Assembly: GCA_012295275.1 (NCBI GenBank)
Contig: CM022672.1
Location: 21,886,001-21,950,000 of the forward strand
Length of the DNA: 64,000 bases
Reading direction: 5' to 3'
From: Chrysomallon squamiferum
Taxonomy: Eukaryota; Animalia; Mollusca
This document shows positions 26,029 to 59,004 of this stretch, in pieces. The notes beneath the pieces were generated by a model. That model saw only the letters and a list, made by a program, of their open reading frames with translations, did not search any database and was not told the origin of the DNA. Position 1 is the stretch's first letter, and each line of letters opens with the position of its first letter. The position numbers were made by a program, and so were the translations under genes.

Positions 26029-26307
26029 TTTCTACGACAGTTACAAATGGCTCAGTTTTATTTTCGTAATAGAACTCAACAGAAACGTTCCAGTAAAGGT
26101 TCAACCGGGTTATTTTTCCCTCTGTTCTTTTCTTCTTTCTTTCTTTCTTTCTTTCTTTCTTTATATCTTTATTTATAATATTTATTATTACTATGTTGTT
26201 GTTGATGTTGTTCTTGTCATTGTTGATATTAGTATTATCGTCATCATCATTGTTGTTATTGTTGTTGTCGTTGTTGTTATTATGTTTTGTTCGCTTTGAT
26301 GCTTCCG

Positions 26308-26369
<62 letters not shown>

Positions 26370-26586
26370 GTCATAATGTTATATAAATTTGTTCTATAGA
26401 AATCACAACGCACACAAAAAAGTAATTGAAAATCATTTTTATTTTATTACAAATATATTTATAACAGAAAAAGGACAACACACTTTCAAACAAATATAAT
26501 ACTTCAAAATAACCTGTCAGGTTGCTGACAATGAGGAGGCTTTTCAGAAATCCACTGGAATGTTCTAACATCAGCAGCTATCTTGC

Positions 26587-26587
<1 letters not shown>

Positions 26588-26655
<68 letters not shown>

Positions 26656-26700
26656 TGCTAATCATAATAATAATAATAATAATAAAACTAATAATAAAAC

Positions 26701-26736
<36 letters not shown>

Positions 26737-26741
26737 TGATG

Positions 26742-26795
<54 letters not shown>
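26588..26795. repeat. (AAT)n microsatellite
   Basis: Directly visible; source of the poly-N/poly-I ORFs. Confidence 0.9.
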
Positions 26796-26796
<1 letters not shown>

Positions 26797-28448
26797 GAAG
26801 AAAAAAAAAAGAAAAAGGAGAAGAAGAACAGAAGTACTAGTACTAGGGCTAGTAGTACTGATATCGAATAAATAAATAAATAAATACAATATACTTGACA
26901 GTATAAGGAAGGCCATTTATCACATATGAATTGCGACAGACACGAATACGTAAGCACAAAATCGGGGATCTTCTAAACCACACACCATTTGTTCGTTTTA
27001 TCATTAAGACTTCTCCTATCCACGTAGAAAACTGATTTTCAACTGAATACAATCAGGAAATGTGTCTGTATATTTTGAACCATTACTTTTAGCATTGAAA
27101 ATAATTAAGGTCATCATATTTTGTAAAACCTTTTTTATATTTTAATTAGAATTTCAAAATCCAGCACACTGATATATATATATATTCGTTTACGTCTGCA
27201 GATTTAATGGCTTGAATACTCTCTGTCAATCAGCTAATTCCTCCCCATACAATATACCAAACGTGCACTTCTTTGTACGCACCTTACATTTTTATTTCAA
27301 CTGAGTAAAACATAATTGCGTAAATATCTCTTTTGAAAAAAGTAATTTTTTTTTAATATGATCCCTATCTGCAGTAAACGGGATTCAGAATATGACATAT
27401 TTTACAAAGTGCAGTTAAAAATATGATTACATGTCTTTGAAGCCTGAGCTTTCCTATGGTCCGTACCGCTGACAAAGGCGATTTTGAATGTATGACACAT
27501 TTCTAACAATGTAAATTATGGGACAGAATAGTAGTATTGGAAAATATAATCTCATCTCTGTGAAGGTATTAAAACATATGATGATCTTATGAAAACACAG
27601 TTGCAAAACAGGATGTGTATCCCTATCACACGCGACTGCATATATATGTTTTGTACACTTCATATAAACTTTAAATGGACAATGACACTCGTTCAGTATA
27701 GGTTTTTTATCTGTCAGTTATATTACAGTGTATATATATATATATATATATATGCCCTTATCTTTGAGAAAAGAAAATTTCGATATACTAGTATTATTAT
27801 AGCGAAAAGGTATAACTTTAACAAAGAATACATAAAATATATATAGATATAATCTAAGAAAGGAGATTATCAACATGCGATTATATTGCTCAAAGTTTAG
27901 GTTATCTTACATCTACTTTAAATCTATTATGCTTTCGTTTGACGAAATATATATATAAAAAAAAACAGGCCAAAAGAGATCTATATTCGATACAATCATA
28001 CACCATAAACCATTCTTACCTGGATGACCTTCATAAAAGAGATTAATAGTACAAATATTTACACTTTCTTATCACCTTGGTAAATACCCTTAAGGTAAAA
28101 GAAGAAATTATAATAATTTTGAAGACGGAGAAGATTTAAATTCTGTTAATATTCAACATTTTTGATGCAGCTGAAAGCCTGAAGCACCCATAAAGACAGA
28201 AAAGTTTCTATTTTATTACCTATCACATAAAGTTGTGTCTTTGTTGTTTTGTTTGTTGTTTTTTGTTTTAATATTTTTTTTTATTTATTTATTTATTTAT
28301 TTATATATTCATTTTTTTATTTGAAATCAGATAATAATATGTTTTTGTATATCTGTGAATTTTTTTGTACGTACGTACGTATGTATGTATGTGTGTATGA
28401 ATGAATACATGTATGTGAGCATGTGTGTGTATAATGTATCTGTATATA

Positions 28449-28484
<36 letters not shown>

Positions 28485-30469
28485 TGTATGTGTGTGTATA
28501 TGTACGTATGTATGAATGTATGCATATATTATCTTTATAATTACCTATTCATATAAGATTCCATTCAGTACAAGGCACGTGTGAAAATAAATGAACATGT
28601 TATGAAACGTGAACAGTCTGCTGTACGTGTGCGTGCTGTGTGTATACTGGACGTACTTGGAGTGTTTGTAAAGATGTTACAGCATTAACGAGAAAGAGTG
28701 TACAAAATCACAATACGATGCTTTTCCGAACATTTAAAATCAACACATGAAACATAATATATATACATACACATATATACAAAACTGCATAACAAGTGAT
28801 GAAACAGTTCAGGATCTGTGTCATCCAGAATTCCACACGTCGACTAACATCCCAGTCAGATCTGTGGAAAATCCTATATTCAGGGTTTTCACAAAATTAG
28901 AGCTGGGCCAATTTCACATTATCAGTCCAGGCGTTGTTTTCACATCTCAGGGGAAAAACATTATCAGTTTACTCTGTATCTCACGATGCGTAGACACAGA
29001 AAGCTCATGCCAAACAATATAGACAGAAACGTTGAGGGAACAAAAACTTTCATGAATTATACTCTGTATGAACATATTTTTAAAAGTCTTAAAAGTCGAA
29101 TTCAGTGAAAAAAGAAAATGATGATGCGTAGACAAAGAAACCTAACGTCAAACAATACCAACAGAACAAGTAAAAGTGAAGACATGCAGAAGTATTATTT
29201 GGCACAACTGTATACATTACCATCAGCACCAGCAGAAAAAGTTACAAGCGGAAAAGACCTTTTTAAAATACGTAAATATTATCTGAAACACAGTATTTGC
29301 AAACAAAGGAGCAAACGAGAAAAATGGCAAAAGAAAATATGCCAACATTCCTTACCTACAGAAACCGTATGCTTATTTTTTGTTTATTTGCTGTCAAGGA
29401 CATGATCAGATGCATGGTTACCTTTTGCAAAATGACTGATCACTAACCGAATACATGACCGAAACGCAATCCGCATACGCACAATCAGTTTCCGCTTGTC
29501 TAGATAATCCGCTGTATGATCATTTAATAAAAATTAATAACAAAATTTGTTTTTAAAATAAACATTTTAATAATGAATAAATGCCACCTCTAAGTGTAAA
29601 CTACGTCCTCGAATTGCCATTTGTATACTTTATATAATGTAATTTAGAAAGAAACAAAGACCTGAAAAGAACGTGAGGTAATTTATAAGGGAATAATAAA
29701 ATGCGGTGAAAATTGCGTAATAGTTTTCATTGCGTACTTGCATTGACAAAACAGACTCACTGGAAATATATATATAAAAAAAAAAAAAATGACAGCAGCA
29801 AAAACATAACAACGTCAAATGGTCTCCAGCTTTGAATGGCAGCAGATATTGAAAATCATATGCTTTGTTATATGGCAGAATGAAAAAAAAAAATAAAAAA
29901 AAAAAAATCTCCAAGACTCTGCTGATTTTTATACTGCAAACAGTAAGGAAGACATTTCAAGCACATATTAAAACAAAGAACCTCTGCAGATAAACACGAA
30001 CACGTTGTATTTACTTTGTATCTGCATCGGCACGATTTGCTACAACAACGTAAAAGCTAGACGAACGATTATGACGAATGAACATTTATATTGCATTTGC
30101 CTCTTTTATGGATGGAAAGTCCGTAGCACAATAAATTAATAACATCATGTTATACAGACAATACAAAATCATTGCAAATCTACCAGTGGACGGATGGGAT
30201 ATGTACATCATCAGCTCGAACTCTTATTTGTTTTACGTACAGTAGTTATATGCAGGGCAGTAAGAAAATATAATGTGTATATTTATGTAAACACTCATAC
30301 CAGTATATATATATATACCTACATATATATATATATATATATGCATATACATCAGACATGCTGAATCAAAAACCTATCTTCATAAAATATTCTATTATTT
30401 ATAAGGTTAAATGCAAAATGTTGACATATATATGTATGTGTGTGTGTGTGTGTTTATGTATGTGTGTTT

Positions 30470-30501
<32 letters not shown>

Positions 30502-30891
30502 AGTTAACAATTCAGAATATTTAGGAAAATGTTTTTTTCTTTGAATAATTTGCGTCAGAAACAACCTAAAACAGACTGCGGTGTGAAGAGGCAGGGAAAA
30601 GTTTATAATGAAATAGTTTTTAATTGTTTTTTTTTTCAGTTATTTCTTCATCTTTGTTATTCTTCGAAGGCCACGTCAACGTTCAGATAAATTCTTATCA
30701 TAACGTACGTGTACCCGTGTCGTAAGTTTTCTACGTCATAATTTGTTAATACTAACCACAAGAAGTTCAGATTAATTATAATTTTAAAATATTCTTTTAG
30801 TTCCAGACCAGTTTACAAAAATAAAACAAAACAAAAATAAAAAAATTATTATAAAAATAAAAAATAAATAAATAGATTAATTAATTAATTA

Positions 30892-30947
<56 letters not shown>

Positions 30948-31138
30948 CAATAATAATAAAGCCGTTTGTTTGGAAGTTGCTTTTAACAGCTATAACCTTC
31001 TATACGTCGGAACAGGCAGATAATAATTAATACGAACACACACACACACATATTTACATACGTTATATACATTATATATTAAATTTAGTATTAAATACAG
31101 TGAGGGTACCCTGCAAAACACGTGTATTTCCGAACATT

Positions 31139-48216
<17,078 letters not shown>

Positions 48217-48279
48217 TATTTTTCTTGCCCCGCGTGCTTTCTTCCAGTAAATAATGATGTTGATTGTTGCGCCGTTTAG

Positions 48280-48450
48280 CCAAATAATATCCGACCCACG
48301 GCCGCTTCATGTTATAAAAGCTGTAGTGACTCGATTGCGTTTCAGCCGAAGATTGACATGCTATCGTTTCAGATCAGTGATTTGATTGGCTGATTCTCGT
48401 CGTTAAGAAACGATTCACAGGCTGGCTAACAACGATGAGCTGACCTCAAG
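48280..48450 (-). promoter_or_regulatory. Candidate core promoter of nvd copy 2 (TATA-like box, CCAAT box, AGGTCA half-site)
   Basis: Minus strand: TTTTATAA at ~48312-48319, about 100 nt upstream of the ATG; consensus NF-Y site AGCCAATCA at ~48383-48391; AGGTCA at 48441-48446. Confidence 0.45.
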
Positions 48451-48632
48451 AACAAATTAACACACCGACGTTTCCTCGTACAAGTCTCACTCAATGAATT
48501 TGTTTTGCTTTGTGTGTTCACTCAATGAATTTGTTTTTCTTTTAGATAATCAGTTTATATGAAAAATTAAATATATATATATACACACACGCACATATTT
48601 TTTTACATATAAAACGTATTTAGCCATTGTGT

Positions 48633-48665
<33 letters not shown>

Positions 48666-49280
48666 TTTTAGATAATTTTTAGTTTATATGAAAAATTAAA
48701 TAAAATTAAAAAAGCAAAAACATTTTGATGATGATGATAATAACAATAATATAATAAATTTATATTAACAACAATAATAGTAATAGTAGTAAAAACAACA
48801 ATAACAACAGTAATAATTATAATAATAACAACAATAATAATAGTAGTAATAACAACAATAGCAACAGTAGTAATGATGATAACAATAATAATAATAATAA
48901 TTATAAATTAAGCAATAAGAAGAAAAAAAATTCCGATTGTGAAATCACGTTTCAGTATGACGAAATACTACTCTAAAAATTACGTTTCGGATGAGTGGTT
49001 TTTTCCAAGAATTATTGGAAATCAGTCACGCGTAAAAACATTAATTTTTGTACTGTCTGAAAACCGTGTCAAAATAACTCATTTTAAAAAAACGACCAAT
49101 TTATGCATAAACATATGCAAGCTTGTATGCATGTATGCATGTTATATATCTAATTATGTATGTAATATGTAAGACGAAAACATCAAACAAAAAATTGCAT
49201 ATTATTCAATGGGTTTAAGCTTTTCGAATGCTTTTGTACTTGACAAAAACGTATGTTTTCCCATAACCTACATTTTTATT

Positions 49281-49327
<47 letters not shown>

Positions 49328-50559
49328 ATAAATGTGACTCAAACTGTAATAATGTATAAATTCACTGTGAAGAAGACAGAATGTCTGGTAACCCCTAGGT
49401 CTGAGGTTTGTGTCTCCACGTTGGAGGTTTTGAACCCTGAGGTGACACTTTTAATCCTCATTTAACAGCCGCTGATCCGGTTTATTGTTACAAACAAAAA
49501 AAAACAGCACCCGTTTCTCATGATTCGTTTATTGCTGATTATTACTATTATTTATTTATTTATATTTTTTATTTTTTTATTTTTATTTTTTATTTTTTAT
49601 TTTCATTTTTTATTTTTTATTTTTTATTTTTTATTTTTTATTTTTTATTTTTTATTTTCATTTTTATTTTTTATTTTTTATTCTTTTTTTTTTTTTTATT
49701 TTTTTATTTATTTCTTTTTTTATCGGAGGAATATTTTTTTTTTTTTTTTTTTTTTTAATTGTAGTTTATTGTGGGGAGGGGTGGCTGGATTTTTTTTTGG
49801 GGGGTGTAATATTCTTTTTTATTATATATATATACTACTAATTTTTTTTTAATTTATTATTTTTATTTATTTATGTATTTACTTTTTTTATATATATATA
49901 TATACTGGAAAGAAATATTGCATTACAATAAATGGAAAACAAAACTACTATTCAATTAGTGGTTAATACGATTGTTATTACTTTGACATCAGTTTTAACT
50001 GTAAGTTATGGCAGGCAGCAATCACTTATGTTAGATTTATCACAATGGCGATCTATTTTCCATAACAAAAACATTAATTACATTTTATTTATGTATGTTC
50101 ATAAATATACCCATGTATTTTTTTTTTTTTCTGGAGTGACCTATGGACTTAATATAAACTCGACCGCTGCTTTTAATATTTTCTGAATAAAAGAAACCAA
50201 CACAGCAAATCTTGTATTTGTCAAACGACGCCATTAGTCAGAAACAAACATAACATGTAACAACGCTATTTTTACTGTCTTTCTTTGTTACCATACTTCG
50301 GGCCGTTTGTTTTACTAACAATATTACTTCTAACTGTAATGCGTTATTATTATTCAAGACTGGTTGTACAAATGAAGTAAAAAAAAACTATTATAAAGTA
50401 AATAATAATAAAACAAAGTTTTTCCGTTGATTGTGAGCATACGAAATTGAACAATGTTAGACTCTGCATTATGAATGGTAACAGTGATACGTTAAGTAAT
50501 GGAATACGTTAACAGTCAAAACATGTACAATTATCAAACAGAGTAAATGCCTAAAATAA

Positions 50560-51050
50560 TACACTGTATGGTCGGTATAAACTTACAACAAATGGATCAG
50601 GGCATGAGTTTTGCTTTATAATTTACTGTACTGATACACATTCGTTATGAATTTACAAAAAAACTGGTCTAGTTAAGATTTTAAATTTTGTCTGACGATA
50701 ATAACAACACTGTTATTATAAACTTAAGCTGTGCGGATCAAGATATGATTTATGTTTTCCATTTTATAATTTCACTGTACCGATACATATTTATTATAAA
50801 CTTGTAATAAATGGGTGGAGGTGTGGGGTTAAATTATTACTGGTTGTAATGAGACACGGTCGTTATATACTTTTACAATGAAGTGACCGAGATACGATTA
50901 TGTGTTAAAACTGATAACAACGATACATGATCGCAATACACTTAAAATGAATGGATCAAGGTTTTGAGTTTTCCAATACAGTTTAATGCAGTGATACATG
51001 CTCATTATACATTTGCAAATGAACTGATCGAGATCAGACTATGGATTGTA
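50560..51050. repeat. Diverged ~65-70-bp tandem repeat
   Basis: Recurring gatacatg.tcgttata(a/c)actt...aatgaatggatcaagat motif, about 7 degenerate units. Confidence 0.55.
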
Positions 51051-52505
51051 ACTGACTATTCTGACACACAATAATGGATTAATATAATAGTTTATCGCTT
51101 AAACATAATCCGTATTGATTATTTTATTAATCCATTCTAGCCATCTGAATGCTTGTATTATATATCTTTTATTATTTATTTTTTTTCTCTTATTTTTAAT
51201 TTTTTAAATTTTTTTAAAAATGAAACTGTATTATATAAAAAAAAAAATGACAATGAATAAAAACCATAAGACGTATATATGAAAAGAATTCACGAACATT
51301 TTTGTCACATTTTATTTTGCATGGGCGGATCCCCATTTCAGAAAATAGAGGCGTATTGAATAATGAGAAAAATGAACGTGTTAAAAAGTCATATTCATGC
51401 AACTGACAAAAGCATCTCTGTATTTTCGATAAAAGAAGCCTCATAAAAATATGCAAATCGACAACTAGGTGAATATTTAAAATACTTAATCAGTGTTAAG
51501 TGTAAACACAGTTACACGGAACACATCCTCCTGGGCTAAAATAAAAACAACAACAACAACAACAACAACAATAACAATAATAATAATAATAATACAGATG
51601 CTTTAATCTCTCTCTCTCTCAAACCACCACCATCTTACCAAAAAGATAATTCGCCCTTGCATATAGAAACAGATCAAAATATTTAGAAAACAGGGAACCA
51701 TCACTAAGATGCATAACGTACAATTCGGATAAATGAAGTAAATTACATCGAACGGAGAAAATAACGAAGGACTCACCCCCTCACGCACTTACACACCCCA
51801 CCTCTCGATCTGTGAATCCTTAGGAATTTTAATTTTATTTTATGAATAACATCTCAATAAAGACGGATTAAACCCTCAGTTATATTATTATATCGTTATT
51901 ACTTATCATATTTATTTTATTTTATTTTATTTTATTTTATTTTATTTTTTTTTTTTGTATAGAGGCAACTAAATTCAACTGCTTTACACGTACACCTGGT
52001 CATTATCATAGCAAGGTTCAGACAGACATATTTGACTATTGACCCATGCACTTTTCATAGCAATCCAGGATGTAAATTGACTTAAAGAACCTGTTTTCTT
52101 TTGTTGTCACGCAAAAACCAAACATTAGAAGATTCTAAAGCTTTTTTTTTTTCTTCTTCTTCGTCTTTTTTTTTTTTTTTTTTTTTTTCCCACCGAGGTT
52201 GTGATGTGTGTCACGTAGATGATAGCATGGTGTCAACAGAAGTCAGTCAACCTTTTCCATTGTGTAAGAGATAGTTTGGCTTCATTTTATTTATTTCTTT
52301 TTCTATTTTCTTTTCGCTCTATTTCTTTTTAATATACTACATGAACGTTATTATGTTTGTGTTTATCGATACTTACCTGTGTATATTTCTGAGTGTTTCT
52401 GAGACGGAAAAAAACATAAGCAAAGATATAAGTGATATATGTATGTTTATATGTACTTATATGTGTGTGAATAAGTATATATGTAATTATGTAAATGTAG
52501 ATTAA

Positions 52506-52551
<46 letters not shown>

Positions 52552-52582
52552 TATATACACACATATATATTATATACATATA

Positions 52583-52664
<82 letters not shown>

Positions 52665-52903
52665 TATACACACACACACACACATATATATATATACATA
52701 CATATATACATATATACACACATATACATATATGATTTTTGATTACAATAATTATTTTGTGACCTCTGACTTCGCACACAGTGTCAACATTTCACTGAAA
52801 GACAATAACACATAAACTGGAAGGCCTTTATACACGACCTTAGACACACACACAAACGCGCGCACACACATATATATAAATAGGGAGAGCGAAAGAGATA
52901 GAA

Positions 52904-52944
<41 letters not shown>

Positions 52945-54025
52945 CTACGTGCTATACAGACCAATTATATAAAATTACGAGAGAGCAAATGTCAGCCTGC
53001 ATGTTTCGTATACGCAGATAACAAAAAAAACAAGTACTTAGTGACGAGGCTTCACCCTATTAGTCCAGTCACACAAACGTAACTCATTTCATCTGACAAA
53101 GATTTTTTTCTTCTTCTTCTTCTTCAGATATTATTATTATTATTATTATTATCTTCATTGTCTGGACTAATTATCTGAAGAGCAGGTGCCTTCTGTGCGA
53201 GCACCCCGCAGGCTTAATCCAGATTGTTCCAGCACCCCTAGGGGATAAGAGAGATAAACAGAAAAGATTAAAACTTCATATGTCACCTTAACCGCAGGTA
53301 ACGACTGTTTCGGCTTAAAGCCGTTACACGCAGGTCGACTGTTCTGTGTGTTAATTAAAGAGCCACGAGGTGGTCTTTTATACGTTTATGAAAAAAAAAA
53401 AAAGGGAGAGAAAGATCGTGTTTCTGTACGACCTTGCTTAATTACTCAATAGATTATTTTTGTAATTGTATTCTTCAAAGTGTGGGCATTTACAATGAGA
53501 GTGTGCGGGGGCGCGTGCTTTTGTATGTGAGAGAGTGTAACAAAAAAATATATATATATATATATATATATCGCCTGCGTGACCGATCGTAATTTATTAC
53601 TCAACAGATTATTTTATGTCAGTGTTTTTCGACGTATGGAGGTGTGTATATGGGAGTGTCATAGTGTCTCTGTGGTGTGTGTGTGTGTGTGTGTGTGAGT
53701 GTGTGTGCGCGCGTGTGAGAGTGAGCGCGCGCATGTTTGTGTGAGTGTCTGTATGGGAGCGTGAAATCTTGTTTGTATGTATAGGGACATCTGTGTGTGT
53801 GTGATACAGAAAAATAACGTGTGTGTGTGTGTGTGTGTTTGTCTTTGTGTGCATGTTTGTGTTTATCTGTCTGTTTTCTTATATGTGTGTGTATGTTTTT
53901 GTGTGTATGTATATGTGTGTATATGTATTTGTGTTCGTGCATGTATAATTAGAGAAGCTGATTACTTTTGTAACTTTTTTTCTTGTTTCTTGTTATCACG
54001 CGATGTGCAAGTGCCCAAGTGTATG

Positions 54026-54171
<146 letters not shown>

Positions 54172-54315
54172 AGAAGAATGAATTGTTTTGTTTGTCAGGT
54201 CTCTCTATACATGCATGTCTTTGATTCTATGTGTTTGGAAGAAGAACAGTGATATTAATATCTGTAACAACAACAAACAGTAATAATAACAGTAACAATA
54301 ACAACAACAACAACA

Positions 54316-54369
<54 letters not shown>

Positions 54370-54697
54370 TATTATTAATAATATCAATATTAAAAATCAG
54401 TCTATTTCAATAATTCTGATGATTTAAACTGTAAACTCCAGTATGTGCTTTTTACTCTTGTTAAAAACCTCGTAACGTGTTGATTAACTGCCACGATTTT
54501 GATCGAAGAATGCTGACATTGAATTTATAAAGACATGTTTGTGGTTATATCGACTGTCGGTGTGGTTTTTCTTTGCGGTTTCAAGTCGTGAACTAAAATG
54601 AATACTGTCAATAGTTCAATAGCTGAGATTGCATTAACAGAAATTAGTACATAAAAAAATGTATTTTTGTTGGGCAGTTGTATGTAGGTAGATGAAA

Positions 54698-54728
<31 letters not shown>

Positions 54729-55334
54729 GACAGATAGACAGACAGACTGAGATATAGAACGGTACGTACGTGCATATGTGCATGTATGTTTTTGTCTATC
54801 TGCTTATCTGTTTGTGTGTGCGTGTGTGCGATATATGACAAATAACCAATATTATGTTTGTAACAATCCGCTTACGACACTCCCTTATCTAACACTTTGT
54901 CTCAAAACGTTTATCCTTATTAATATCAACAGCTGATTGCAGCTTTGTATCTAGCACGCTGAGACACGTGTATTTGACTCTGTACAGAACTTATCAATAC
55001 ATCCGGACACCATGCAGATCCCCCTGCGCGTTAGTAGGAGAGCAGCATCCTGCTCCTTCTTGTTTCGAAACTGCTCGTTAAGTCGAATTTCAGATCGCGT
55101 AATTATTAATATGTGTGGGTTTTGTGATCCGGTGCTAGAGGGAGGAGGGTAAGAACAGTCACAAGGTAAAGAAACACTTAGTGTGTTCAGAGAGGAAAAG
55201 AAAGGCAGACAAACATCTTGGATGTACTAAAAAGTACAGATCTTGGAGGAAGGAATATTTTATGGTTTGAAAGATATCTAGAGAAAAAAGAATAGGCAGA
55301 CAAACATCTTGGATGGAGAAATGATATGCTATAG

Positions 55335-55494
<160 letters not shown>

Positions 55495-56011
55495 TTCAGG
55501 AAAAGAAACCCTCAAAAATGTCTTTGTCTTGGTTTATTTGTTTTTTGCTGTTGTTGTTTGATTTCTTGCTGTTTTTTTTGTTTTTTGTTTTGTTTTGTTT
55601 TTTAAATTTAAAACAGTGTGGGATCTTTATACATTTACTATTCTACGCAGGTCAGACACATCGTTTTGTGGTTATTCGTGTTGGTTTGAAGTCAAGTTCA
55701 CCGCGGTTGTAGTTTTCCCACGCGGTCGCCCCAGTCGGAAAACATGTGCAGATTCGTCAAACCACAACAGGTTAGGAATCAGTTGAAAGGGAAAAGAACT
55801 GATTAAAAATAGCGATGTGTCCGGACTGACTAGTTTCAGTTATTACAGCATCCTGTCCTGTTTCGTTTTCCTGCTTTCGTTTTCATTAGTGTTTTAATTG
55901 TTAAAGATTCTTTTTCTGTTTTCTTTTTATTTATTCTTTTTTTTTTTTAAATATATTTTCTATGTTTGTATTTTTATATCTATGTTTGTATTTTTACATA
56001 CAAACATATAT

Positions 56012-56048
<37 letters not shown>

Positions 56049-56735
56049 TTGTATGTATGTATGTATGTATGTATGTATGTATGTATGTGTGTGTATATAT
56101 TTATGGAAACAGAAACGCTAGTACTTACTTTGAAAAGAAATATAAATAGAAAATACTTTCATATTTTACAAAATAATATTAATACAAATTTAATTAATAA
56201 AATAATATTAAAAAAAACTGAATGTAAAAAAAAAAATTAAACCTTATAAACATTCATATAGCCTGTAACAAAAACTTTTTCAACCGCCCTAAAAACAACA
56301 TAGACAAAAACATATTACAAGAAACAAAAGCAACAAAACAGACTTTTCAGAACCAAACATTCTAAAAGTATGACTTAGTCGCAGATATAAATTTTTAACA
56401 ATATGACTGATGTACATCAAAAATTTACTGCAGAATGAATGCTTGGCTGGTTTCACAGACACGACAGTCTGAGAAAGATGCGGAGTGAAAAGAATATGAA
56501 ATACAGATAACAGAACATCTAGACGTGTTTGTGTTTATCTGTCAGTGGTGGACAGACATGGCAGCTGAATGTATAAAATGATCTCAGAGAATTCTTTTAA
56601 CTATTATTATTATTACTATAATATATTATTTATTTATTTATTTATTTTTTTGAAAACGAGAATATAAAAGACGAAATTTAAGTATAATACATAAACAAAT
56701 GTGAAAATGAAAGAAAGAAATAAAAGAAAAAAAGT

Positions 56736-56970
56736 TAGTAGATGAAACAAAAATATAATACAGAAAGAAATTTAAAAAGGAAATAAGAAACCAAAATTAA
56801 GTAGATGAAACAAAAATATAATACAGAAAGAAATTTAAAAAGGAAATAAGAAACAAAAATTAAGTAGATGAAACAAAAGTATGATCCAGAAACAAACATA
56901 ACAAGAAAGAAAAGAAAAGATAAACAAAGAAGTCAACATAAATAAATTAAGTAGATGAAACAACAGTATG
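56736..56970. repeat. 63-bp A-rich tandem repeat (2 near-perfect units plus degenerate units)
   Basis: agtagatgaaacaaaaatataatacagaaagaaatttaaaaaggaaataagaaac recurs at ~56736 and ~56800, with partial copies at ~56863 and ~56950. Confidence 0.75.
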
Positions 56971-57071
56971 ACAGAGAACCGAATATAAAAACAAAGGAAA
57001 GAAAGAAGTCAACATAAATGAATAAACCTAGATGAGCGAAAGACACACTAAGTGAGCTAGGTTTGGGGGGA

Positions 57072-57130
57072 GAGCTAGAGACTGGGGAAGAGCTAGAGAC
57101 TGGGGGAGAGCTACAGACTGGGAAAGAGCT
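57072..57130. repeat. 18-bp G-rich minisatellite (gagctagagactgggg(a/g)a) x3-4
   Basis: Directly visible. Confidence 0.75.
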
Positions 57131-57786
57131 GGGATCTGACAATGACTAACGACGGGAAGGGAGGACGTAGACTAGATTACAACAAGGCAAAAGATGCAAT
57201 AAAATCGCCCACTTCCACTGACTGATTAGCTGATCAGACAGCTCGCTGGGTTTACAAAGTATCGAAGGGAAGCATGAGAAGGTGGAAGTGTGTAAAATTA
57301 CATACACTGAGTCTGCTGATCCTCGACGGCTAAATTAGCCACAGAGCCGTAGCGTGTGATGTGCTGTGTGGGAAAGGTTTGCCGTGCGCTGTTTTCCCTG
57401 CTAATAATCACACACGCAGGAGCGGCCTGATCACTTCTGAACGTTGATTATAAGGAAGGCAATACGTGAAAAACAAGGACGGTAGCTGTGTGAGAAGAGC
57501 AACATGTAAGAACAAAGAGTTGAAACCGTAAAGCAGCAATGAAATAAATTAACTAAACGAAGACCTTCCTTTTTAAGTGAACGGGAGCAGACATCGTAGA
57601 TAGGTGTTTTACGTTTAAACCAGCTTCTCACTGATGGGATTTGGTTTTTCTTATTCGTTCATCTTCTTCTTCGGATTACTATTATTATTAGTAGTGATAG
57701 TAGTAGTAGTAGAGGTAGTTGTTGAAGTTGTAGTAGTAGTAGTTGTAGTAGAAGTAGTAGTAGTTTTGTTATTGTTATTATTATTA

Positions 57787-57903
<117 letters not shown>

Positions 57904-58350
57904 CGTGATGTAAACAGGAAGAAAGAAAATAAATAAAGAAAAATATGCATAAGGAAATCTTTTATATCGGATGTTCAAAAAATTAATAATTCATGAGCCT
58001 TGTTTAAGGATACAGGATAACAGTAAAGAAGTAAATTGGCTGATGGCACATATACAAATAACCTAGAACAAATATACCTAATTGTATATGCAGTATGTAC
58101 TAACTGTAGCATTTATAGTAATGCTACTGATAATATTGCTGCTACGACTACTACTGCTACAACTATTACTGTTAGTATTGTTTTTACTACTGTTACTACT
58201 ACTGCTGCTGCTACTACAACTACTACAACAATTTCAATAACAACAACAACTACTACTACTTATTTTAACTACTAGCAGTAGTACTACTACTATTACTAAC
58301 AATAATAAAAAGAAGTAATAAATGAACACCAAGAAATGAACAACAAAAAT

Positions 58351-58383
<33 letters not shown>

Positions 58384-58773
58384 AATAATAATTATAATCA
58401 TAATAATAATAATAAAAGTAATGGTAATAATAATTAACTAACTAACTAATTAGTGAAAGCGTCTGAGAAAACCTGATCACGTATGTGTCATACGTATAAG
58501 CAGATCTTCCTCGAAATTACGATAATCGCTGAAAATGTTCTATCAAGTCTGTATAAAGTCAGAGGGACATCCTGATGTTATTGCGTCAGATAAATAACCT
58601 TCGTTATAAATAACAACGTATATTATTTTCACACACCGATAAAATTGCGTAAGACAAAAATATCAGGTAACATAACAGCAGTGCGGTTATTTAATGATGT
58701 AAGTCAGTTGAACACGTACTCCCAGTTAATGTTTTCCGACAGTCTTTTAATTGGTAAACATAATTATTAGTTT

Positions 58774-58846
<73 letters not shown>

Positions 58847-58967
58847 GCTTTTTATGTTGATTTTTAAACAAGGCTTCCATTATCAGGGGAGAGAACTTTA
58901 ATAATCAAACTCGATTACCCTTCAGCGCTTAACACCCTTGATAGTTTTTCTAATACTTAGAAATAAC

Positions 58968-59004
<37 letters not shown>

